A stretch of 64,000 nt of DNA, from the IMG/VR virus record IMGVR_UViG_3300021197_001752, positions 1-64,000 of that record. One strand, given 5' to 3'. The stretch is from a virus. Shown here piece by piece: positions 8,453 through 15,272 of the stretch. A program made the position numbers and the translations under genes. Within the stretch, counting starts at the first letter, position 1; every line of letters starts with the position of its first letter. The notes below the pieces were generated by a model, which saw only the letters and a list, made by a program, of their open reading frames with translations, was not told the DNA's origin and made no database searches.

Positions 8453-8982
8453 AGTCCTATAAATATCACATCGCCTGATGATGTGTAATCCCTTGCAAGT
8501 GATTTCCACACTCTCCTGGCATCAGCCGAAGTTCCTGAGCCTATGGTGCAGTGATGTGCCCCTACAAATACACCGCCATAAGACTTGGCGTATTCTGCTG
8601 CTTGAGCGATAAATGCTTTGTATATTTCTTTGCCGTACCCTTTGCCTCGTTGTTCTGGGTTAGTGATCCAGGCATTTTCTATATCGTAAAATCTTGGTCT
8701 GAACTTAGCTGGCACTTCTTTCATTATATAATTGCCGTCTTCGTCCTGTGCCATATCTTTGGTGGTATTGTTGGCTTCAAACTTTTCTTTAGCTTTTATA
8801 AATTCTGGTGTTTCCATAAGAGCGTCAACATCTGACTGACATTCTTTAAATCTTAGGTGTTGCATCCCTTGGGCATAACCAATACCTTGAAGGTCAATAC
8901 GAAAGTATTCCGAGTCACCCTTGAGCTTGAACTTTGAGCCCTCATTTATAAACTGTCGCCACTGTTCCATAAGAAGCTTCAT
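8449..8982 (-). CDS. W-type leader + GNAT acetyltransferase
   Basis: MKLLMEQWRQFINE; acetyl-CoA loop PEQRGKGYG; S.DA.RVW.SL. Confidence 0.75.
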   Translation of the reverse strand: MKLLMEQWRQFINEGSKFKLKGDSEYFRIDLQGIGYAQGMQHLRFKECQSDVDALMETPEFIKAKEKFEANNTTKDMAQDEDGNYIMKEVPAKFRPRFYDIENAWITNPEQRGKGYGKEIYKAFIAQAAEYAKSYGGVFVGAHHCTIGSGTSADARRVWKSLARDYTSSGDVIFIGL

Positions 8983-8983
8983 A

Positions 8984-9151
8984 TTACTTTAGCTCCACTC
9001 TTTTTGATGCAAAATCTACCAATATAAATGGAAATATTGCATGAATAAGTAAGCCACCCGCACATAACATTAGCTTGGCAGAATACTTGCCAGCATGTAG
9101 TAGGTGCTGGAGGTATGTCATGTCTTGTTCTTTCAGGTGCTTTGCTAACAT
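8984..9151 (-). CDS. 55-aa DUF6356-like small hydrophobic protein
   Basis: Translated by hand (below the ORF track cutoff): MLAKHLKEQDMTYLQHLLHA..LLIHAIFPFILVDFAS; fills the gap between its neighbours exactly. Confidence 0.7.
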   Translation of the reverse strand: MLAKHLKEQDMTYLQHLLHAGKYSAKLMLCAGGLLIHAIFPFILVDFASKRVELK

Positions 9152-9152
9152 A

Positions 9153-9593
9153 TCATTCCTCTGGGAATTTATTTCTGTTCTGCCAGTCGTGGGACACCTT
9201 ATCCTGATCTATTGGACCGCCCTTAGCCCATGTGCGGCACGAGCGGGCTGAGTGACACTTAAAATGATGCATCCAGCAGTAGCCCAGTTCGCCATCATCA
9301 TCTGATGTTTCCCCTGGCATACAGTCTTTCATTCTTGGTGAGATGTCAAATGCAACACAATTGCCGCAGTTAGATTTTTTAGCTGCCTCTTCAGTTGTGT
9401 TCCAATACTCGGCAATATCTTTCCAGTAATCACCTGGCTCATCTACATTGAGCGGTCCATACTGAATGTGTTCTGCTTTGATGGAAGCATCCCGATTTTT
9501 AGTATTAAGTTCTAAGTCTTGCGTTGCGGGAGGACAAATATACTCCTTGGCAGTATCAACAAACTTTCTCCATTTTACGATTATCTTTTTCAT
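9153..9593 (-). CDS. Degenerate W-type leader + Cys-rich metal/Fe-S-binding domain
   Basis: Start reassigned to 9593 (MKKIIVKWRKFV; TAATG overlap); CGNCVAF..GYC..C....C..W. Confidence 0.65.
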   Translation of the reverse strand: MKKIIVKWRKFVDTAKEYICPPATQDLELNTKNRDASIKAEHIQYGPLNVDEPGDYWKDIAEYWNTTEEAAKKSNCGNCVAFDISPRMKDCMPGETSDDDGELGYCWMHHFKCHSARSCRTWAKGGPIDQDKVSHDWQNRNKFPEE

Positions 9594-9907
9594 TACCAGT
9601 CCTTGCAGGCCCAATATCTTGCTTTAAGTTTAGAACCTGGGCTTTTACAATTCATGCGGACCCTAAAGTTCTTTCTGTTTTTTGGCTTGTCTTTGTTATT
9701 TCTCATCTTAGCATCACCGAATTTAACTATTCTTTCTTTACCATCTTCGCAAGCCTTGACAACTTTTTGTTTCTTGCCGTGACCAGTCTCGCCTTTTCTA
9801 ATATATCGCTTTTTGTTGCATTTCATTTTATCTTTATCAAATTCAGCAATCACTGAGGCGATTTCTTCTTTTATAATATTTCGTATTTCGTCTTGAGATA
9901 AATTCAT
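9593..9907 (-). CDS. IKEE-type leader + basic phage domain (DUF6321-like)
   Basis: MNLSQDEIRNIIKEEI..IAE; IVKFGD..RKNFR.R.NC..ARYWACK.W. Confidence 0.7.
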   Translation of the reverse strand: MNLSQDEIRNIIKEEIASVIAEFDKDKMKCNKKRYIRKGETGHGKKQKVVKACEDGKERIVKFGDAKMRNNKDKPKNRKNFRVRMNCKSPGSKLKARYWACKDW

Positions 9908-10296
9908 CCTTTTTTCCCTGCCTTTGATTTTTTACCGTAGTTACCTCGTTTGCTACATGCCCCTGGTGTGGGTCTGCACTTTGGATACTTGGAACGCTTT
10001 TCGTCGCTGCCACGACCGCAAGCTTTACATTTCTTTCTGCCTGTCTTTTTGTCTTTACGGCAGGTGTTACAATCTACCCAGCCGCTCTTACTTCCTTTTT
10101 CGCCCTTGCGTCCAAACCAATCACCAAGATTCGATTCTGATCCTGGCTTGCTGGTGAGTTTACGTTTCTTACGCTTTACTTTTCTTTTCTTGCGTTTCTT
10201 CTTTTTTTTCTCGTCAAGATTCTCAGACTGTTCCGCTAGCAGTTGCTGTAACTGCTCCTGAATCATCTGTTTTAAATCAGAACGAGATAACTTCAT
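9904..10296 (-). CDS. IKEE-type leader + polybasic Cys-containing protein
   Basis: MKLSRSDLKQMIQEQL; LDE followed by a long K/R run; DWF..GWVDC..CGR..YPKCRP. Confidence 0.7.
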   Translation of the reverse strand: MKLSRSDLKQMIQEQLQQLLAEQSENLDEKKKKKRKKRKVKRKKRKLTSKPGSESNLGDWFGRKGEKGSKSGWVDCNTCRKDKKTGRKKCKACGRGSDEKRSKYPKCRPTPGACSKRGNYGKKSKAGKKG

Positions 10297-10562
10297 TTAT
10301 CTTTACCGCCTTCGCCCCAGTTTTTAGCACCAACTTTGCGGCACTTAACAAGTGCACCTGATGCATAAGCTGATGGCCAAACTTTATACCTTGACTTGAC
10401 CTTGTGATAACAAGCATCTCGCTTCGCCTTACGCTTAACACGTCTCTTTTTCTTTTTTGTTTTGCGGCGGCTAGAAGCTTTTCTCTTAGCTTTACGCTTT
10501 TTCTTTTCGTCTAAGATCGCTTCTCGAATAAGTTCTCTGAGGCTGTCATGTGTAAACTTCAT
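10293..10562 (-). CDS. IKEE-type leader + polybasic protein
   Basis: MKFTHDSLRELIREAILDE, K/R run, then DACYHKVKSRYKVWPSAYASGALVKCRK, a motif I recognise from T4-like marine phages. Confidence 0.75.
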   Translation of the reverse strand: MKFTHDSLRELIREAILDEKKKRKAKRKASSRRKTKKKKRRVKRKAKRDACYHKVKSRYKVWPSAYASGALVKCRKVGAKNWGEGGKDK

Positions 10563-10577
10563 ATTCCTGACTCCTCA

Positions 10578-11033
10578 TTATTGTCTTGGGTTTACAACGT
10601 AGGTTCTCTGCTGACCTCCTCCAAAACTATCTGTTTTGAAGTCGTCTTTTCTCATCACTGTGATGACCTTTAGTGTATCAGGACCTTTTTGCATGTTAAG
10701 TACACCGATCACATTAAGATCAGGAACCGATTTGGCTTTGCTGACCCCTTTTATGTGAAACGCCTCATCGTTAGCTAATTCACCGTTTGCGTAATCATTT
10801 ATAATTTTACCTAATGCCATCTCTACTGTTCCGACGATCGCCTCATTAGAAATCTTCTTATCATGGCGAAATTGTCTTTCCTTGCTATGTTTGGTAGCCT
10901 GTAAATCCAGATCATCCAGATCTATAACAATTTTCAAACCACCGACTTTAGCAACATAAGCGCCGCCGCTGCCCAGGTCAGACATTTTTTCTTCGTTGAT
11001 AAAATTCTTCCAAACTGCAAATACGTTATGCAT
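10578..11033 (-). CDS. W-type leader hypothetical protein, possible RelE/BrnT-like RNase fold
   Basis: Leader WKNFINEE; TKHSKERQ.R...KVITVM. Confidence 0.5.
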   Translation of the reverse strand: MHNVFAVWKNFINEEKMSDLGSGGAYVAKVGGLKIVIDLDDLDLQATKHSKERQFRHDKKISNEAIVGTVEMALGKIINDYANGELANDEAFHIKGVSKAKSVPDLNVIGVLNMQKGPDTLKVITVMRKDDFKTDSFGGGQQRTYVVNPRQ

Positions 11034-11331
11034 TGGTGGTAACAGCCGCTCTAAGTTTCGTAGGCTCTAGATCTAGCCCGATCATATTCAGCAAAGTATC
11101 TGCAACCATTGCTTGTCTGGCAACGTTTTGTTTTTGCATGTATGCTTTAAGCTTCTCTAGAACTTTCACATCGCCGCCGTCGCCCATTATTTGCTTAAGG
11201 GCAACCTTAACCTGATTAGGTACATCAGCATCCGCTCCAGGCGCTGCCTCAGCTTCTGGCTCTTCTTGGATGTTGGTGGTGTTGATCTCTTCTTTGATCA
11301 AATCTCTGATCATGTCTTTTGTGAGCTTCAT
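11026..11331 (-). CDS. IKEE-type leader hypothetical protein
   Basis: Start reassigned to 11331 (AAGGAG RBS); MKLTKDMIRDLIKEEI..IQEE. Confidence 0.7.
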   Translation of the reverse strand: MKLTKDMIRDLIKEEINTTNIQEEPEAEAAPGADADVPNQVKVALKQIMGDGGDVKVLEKLKAYMQKQNVARQAMVADTLLNMIGLDLEPTKLRAAVTTNA

Positions 11332-11367
11332 AGTATTTCTCCTTACGGGACGCAAAGCGTCTGTTAG

Positions 11368-11375
11368 TAAGTAGT
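11368..11375 (-). promoter_or_regulatory. Putative late promoter motif ACTACTTA heading the leader-gene array
   Basis: Intergenic, 37 nt upstream of ATG 11331. Confidence 0.6.
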
Positions 11376-11377
11376 CA

Positions 11378-11956
11378 CTACTCTGTCAAAACTATCTTAT
11401 CTGTCAGGAAACCTTTATTGTCCTTGTTCTTCAATAAAAACTCACCAGCCCTAGCAATTACAACTGCGTCTGCTCGATCGTCTGTTCCACGTTTATAGTT
11501 TTTTCCGCCTCTAGCCATTTCATAAGGAAATGATGTCTTTTCTCTTTCTATGACCGCTTGAATGACCATCTTCTTTCTTTGTGGTCCTTTTGTGCCACGA
11601 GGGAAAGATAGCCCATATAAAGATCGAGCCGTGTTGACATTAATAAATGTTGGCTCAAGTTCCAATTCACTAAAGCATAACCAAGACACAACACCATTGA
11701 ACTTAGCCAGTTTAATAATAGTATCTGCTCTTGATCTACCAGGGACAAACCTCTTCAGTGCTGTCTCAATAAAGACATGTTCAAATTTATATTCTCCTCT
11801 CAGAGCATAAAGCTCTGACCCAACCATCTCATATTTGGTGTAGCTGTTATCTATCTTAGACAGGTCCCAGCCCTTGCAGTGCACTAAGTCACCAGTAGTC
11901 GAATCTATGACGGCAACGCCTATCATAGTGGATGAAATATCTAATCCTAGTATCAT
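11378..11956 (-). CDS. RuvC-like Holliday junction resolvase
   Basis: ILGLDISS..G; VFIE; D.ADAVVIA acidic catalytic set. Confidence 0.85.
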   Translation of the reverse strand: MILGLDISSTMIGVAVIDSTTGDLVHCKGWDLSKIDNSYTKYEMVGSELYALRGEYKFEHVFIETALKRFVPGRSRADTIIKLAKFNGVVSWLCFSELELEPTFINVNTARSLYGLSFPRGTKGPQRKKMVIQAVIEREKTSFPYEMARGGKNYKRGTDDRADAVVIARAGEFLLKNKDNKGFLTDKIVLTE

Positions 11957-11963
11957 ACAGACT

Positions 11964-11992
11964 ATTATATACTATTGTTATCTAAACGTCAA
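11964..11992 (-). promoter_or_regulatory. Sigma70 promoter, probably giving a leaderless ruvC-like mRNA
   Basis: TTGACG, 17 bp, TATAAT, 7 nt, ATG; no Shine-Dalgarno sequence. Confidence 0.75.
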
Positions 11993-13076
11993 GCTTTAAT
12001 TTAAAAGTAAATCCCTGAGATTCTTCTTTTCTCACAGGGTTAGCTAACTTGGCTATTCCTATCAGGTTCTTGTCTTGATCATAAATACCGATCTTGCTTA
12101 TGAATACTTGTTTTTCCATTTGCGCACTTGATGAGCAAAAGGCTGACTCCATAGTATTCTTTATATTAACCTTGTCTGGCTCTACAAACGATGTGTTAGA
12201 CAAGTCGATTGCGTCGAACTGTTGCCCGTCAGTATAAAAGGTCGGATTCATTGAAGCATTGAGTTGACCTTCAGGAGCATGAGCAAACATAGTTACTGTG
12301 GGGATTGTATGCGTACCCTCAAAATTAATTTCTGATATGGATGAACTGGGGTGGAATGTCCCTGTACTATGGGCGGCAAAGTTAACCCAGTTAGGTGCAA
12401 ACTGACTTGCTGCTGATCCCGAGTAACAATCTGTGTTGACGCTGGAAATGTGATAACTGGCCGTCAATAGCATAAAGCCCTCATTATATAATACGACCCC
12501 AACAGTACTACCAATATTAGGTCCTTTAGTTTCTATTAGTTCACCATTACGCTTTGAATCCTCTGCTGTTGCCATCAATGAGCCAGTAAAAAAATAGTTT
12601 AATTTTACACTACCTTTTTTTATTGATGACCCAAACATTATACTGGGTATGCTAACCAGATTAACATCACTGCCCGTAAAATATGTTGCAAAGTTATGGT
12701 GCTTATTTAGGTACTCATAATAGTTTATAGTATTTTGGAGGGCTGCCATCCTCTTACGATCACCAAGCTTTTGGATTAGCTCTCTATCGACAGATGCTGA
12801 CAATGGGTAGGTGCCGTTAAAGGTGTCACCATAATCTGAAGTATTGAAAGTATTCTGTGTGGTGCTGTTCAAGACAGTGGTTGTACCATCCTTCACAGCA
12901 AATGGGAATGCACCGTTGACTGTTTCATATAGATCTACAACGCCGTCGCTGACATTTTCATTCCTGCGGTCATTGATATATGCAGATCCGCTATACAGCG
13001 TGACCTTAAACTGCGGGTGTGTTTTTAGTTGGTTATGATATACATCATCTGGACTAAACCGATGGAGATAAGACAT
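11982..13076 (-). CDS. Virion structural protein (baseplate/tail-fibre attachment type)
   Basis: C-terminus ISKIGIYD..NLIGIAKLANPVRK..FKLKLD; paralogous to the adjacent gene. Confidence 0.6.
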   Translation of the reverse strand: MSYLHRFSPDDVYHNQLKTHPQFKVTLYSGSAYINDRRNENVSDGVVDLYETVNGAFPFAVKDGTTTVLNSTTQNTFNTSDYGDTFNGTYPLSASVDRELIQKLGDRKRMAALQNTINYYEYLNKHHNFATYFTGSDVNLVSIPSIMFGSSIKKGSVKLNYFFTGSLMATAEDSKRNGELIETKGPNIGSTVGVVLYNEGFMLLTASYHISSVNTDCYSGSAASQFAPNWVNFAAHSTGTFHPSSSISEINFEGTHTIPTVTMFAHAPEGQLNASMNPTFYTDGQQFDAIDLSNTSFVEPDKVNIKNTMESAFCSSSAQMEKQVFISKIGIYDQDKNLIGIAKLANPVRKEESQGFTFKLKLDV

Positions 13077-13087
13077 TTTTACCCCCG

Positions 13088-14224
13088 TTAGTAGTCTAGC
13101 CTGACCCTCAACGTTAGCTCATTAGCAGGTGTCTTTTTGATAGGTTCACTGAGCTTTGCTACCGCCAGCAATTCGTTATTAGCACCATACATGCCAACTG
13201 TTGTAATGTACGAAACTGGTGTGTCTGTGGCAGTGCTCTTGACACGTAGTTGACTAGCACTTAGGTACGTTGGATTTGAGCTATAGTTAAACTCATTGGC
13301 GTTAGCACGGCAGAAGTAGACTGAGGAGTTTAGTTCTGTCGTATTGTTGAAGGAGATGTTATCTATTCTGTGATTGATAACTTTAGCAATGTTATTGAGA
13401 CTTGCTGTTACCAGCAGAGCCGTTGACCCTGTAATCGCTCCTGTAGCGAGCAGATGTGTATTGGTTGGTACAATACTGTTCTGTTTGAGAGGTGATGTAC
13501 CTGTTCCTGTGCTACCCGAATCGAATAAGGAAGCGGTGAGGACAGCTATGCCAGCCTGATAATATACTAGACCAACTGAGTTAGAAGTAGCTGTAAACGA
13601 ACCTTCGTTCTGATATAGAATTCCATATTCGCCTGCGGGCGAATTGACAAAGTAGTTAGTTCCTGCATTGAGGTCTCTAAGGTTTACCTTTTTAGCACGA
13701 GCTTTACCAGTACCTGCGTCATTGCCGCCGTCGGGCTGCGAACCTACCAGTAGGTTGCCGCTGACAAACATATCCATTTGGAATGTGCCTTTTTTGATTT
13801 CATCTTTTGTGAGTAGGCGTGAAAAGTTGACAAAGAAAACTTCTTTAAGCTTGGTGCCGCCAGTTAAGTTTCCATCCTCATCGAATTCACGAATAGCGCC
13901 AGAAGCATCATGTCCTACAAGAACTTGTGCCATCTGGTTGTAAAGATTTATTTTTTGAGTACTGAGATTTCCGCCAACTATATGTGTGCCACTAAGAGCG
14001 GAGTTGGATGAATAGCCAGCCGTCACATCAAAGATATGGTTTGCTGATGAACTGAGATAGGGATAATCATATACTGCGGTAAACATAGCGTGTGTATGTG
14101 TTTGTATGTTTTCGTTATTGTATGTTCCCGAGACGATCGTTCCTGTAATTGGAATATTTTCGTGTAACTTAGTTCTTGTGTCTACAACGTCGCTTGGTAG
14201 AAGTGTTTTAAATGTAGTCGCCAT
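13088..14224 (-). CDS. Virion structural protein, paralogue of 11982-13076
   Basis: G.V.Y..G...LTAS core and YITTVGMY..NELLAVAKLSEPIKK..RVRLDY. Confidence 0.6.
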   Translation of the reverse strand: MATTFKTLLPSDVVDTRTKLHENIPITGTIVSGTYNNENIQTHTHAMFTAVYDYPYLSSSANHIFDVTAGYSSNSALSGTHIVGGNLSTQKINLYNQMAQVLVGHDASGAIREFDEDGNLTGGTKLKEVFFVNFSRLLTKDEIKKGTFQMDMFVSGNLLVGSQPDGGNDAGTGKARAKKVNLRDLNAGTNYFVNSPAGEYGILYQNEGSFTATSNSVGLVYYQAGIAVLTASLFDSGSTGTGTSPLKQNSIVPTNTHLLATGAITGSTALLVTASLNNIAKVINHRIDNISFNNTTELNSSVYFCRANANEFNYSSNPTYLSASQLRVKSTATDTPVSYITTVGMYGANNELLAVAKLSEPIKKTPANELTLRVRLDY

Positions 14225-14237
14225 AACTTATCCCTTA

Positions 14238-15209
14238 TTATACCTTAATAAATCTAACAGGTATATCCACACGATACCCTGTAGTAAACCCTGTGACTCT
14301 TATTGTACTATCAATAAATTTGAATGCTTGGCTAGGAGTGGTAAGAGTCATAGTAGAACCACCTAGTGTGTTGAACAAATAATCGCTCGACGCAAGATTG
14401 TCAGTTGCACGGATCTTGAAGTTGAACCTCAGTCCAGCACGTCCAGCGATTGGGGAGTTGAGGTTAGCGGTTTGAGCATTGTTTTGCCCAATTGAATCAA
14501 AGTAAGAACTATCATTTAGGCTACCCTGTAAGGAGAAATAATAACTAGCAATTTGATCATCATCTACAAATGATACTCTTGCGTCTTCAGCATCTGTATC
14601 GGGCGTAACGATTGTTCCAAGCCTGTTATCAATTTCTATCACATAGGCGGTCTCTGTTAGAGTGTTGGAAACACCCAACGGGATCAAACCTAATGCATTG
14701 TTGTCAATACCTTGGTCAAAGGTAATTACAGGCTGATTAGCTAGATCTGCTCTAGCTCCTCTGATAAGCCCTTTGGATGTATTGTCACCAGCAAATATTG
14801 CTGTTGTTGCATCATTGACTGTTATGACATATGATCCAGCCGTTGTTTTGTCCGCAAGGGTTGCCTCAGAAGGATCTGTAGTGGGCCCAGCACCTACATC
14901 ACCGAAGGTGTTCAACTGTACTACTGGGAGGTACAGAAGATCGGTTCGGGCGATGGTCAAAAGCTTTGACTTCATAACACTTGTGTTGTTAGTGAAAGCT
15001 TCAAATACTGGTGATTGAAGAATATTCAAATCATAGTATGCTGAACCACTTGCATGGTTGTAATTGTAAAGTTCGTAGTTGATTTCATCATCACCGAAAG
15101 CGAACTTGGTAATTCTAAAACTACCGTCGCCTTTTGCTAATCTTTTTCTACCAGTGTCGGTAAGTACGGCATCTAATATAATATCGCCGCTATTGTCAAG
15201 AAATGCCAT
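14238..15209 (-). CDS. Virion structural protein
   Basis: DAVLTDTGRKRLA....ITKFAFGDDEINY; located in the tail module. Confidence 0.6.
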   Translation of the reverse strand: MAFLDNSGDIILDAVLTDTGRKRLAKGDGSFRITKFAFGDDEINYELYNYNHASGSAYYDLNILQSPVFEAFTNNTSVMKSKLLTIARTDLLYLPVVQLNTFGDVGAGPTTDPSEATLADKTTAGSYVITVNDATTAIFAGDNTSKGLIRGARADLANQPVITFDQGIDNNALGLIPLGVSNTLTETAYVIEIDNRLGTIVTPDTDAEDARVSFVDDDQIASYYFSLQGSLNDSSYFDSIGQNNAQTANLNSPIAGRAGLRFNFKIRATDNLASSDYLFNTLGGSTMTLTTPSQAFKFIDSTIRVTGFTTGYRVDIPVRFIKV

Positions 15210-15240
15210 TATAACTCTCCTATGGACAGGTCGTCAATAA

Positions 15241-15248
15241 TAAGTAGT
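15241..15248 (-). promoter_or_regulatory. Putative late promoter motif ACTACTTA
   Basis: Intergenic, 32 nt upstream of ATG 15209. Confidence 0.6.
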
Positions 15249-15272
15249 GCTCGAATCTATTTATCGCCCTTA

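Noticed and set aside
9904-10562. K/R runs as nuclear localisation signals, implying a eukaryotic giant virus
   Set aside because: Shine-Dalgarno sites, sigma70 promoters, a sigma factor, gp6/gp25 baseplate genes and peptidoglycan hydrolases indicate a bacteriophage.
11349-11361. GACGC-TTT-GCGTC hairpin as a terminator
   Set aside because: Only a 5-bp stem with no U-tract; it may be a 5'-UTR stabiliser but this cannot be supported.
11378-11956. RuvC-fold gene as TnpB/Cas12 or a transposase
   Set aside because: Only 192 aa, with no zinc finger, no inverted repeats and no adjacent non-coding RNA space; it fits a stand-alone resolvase.
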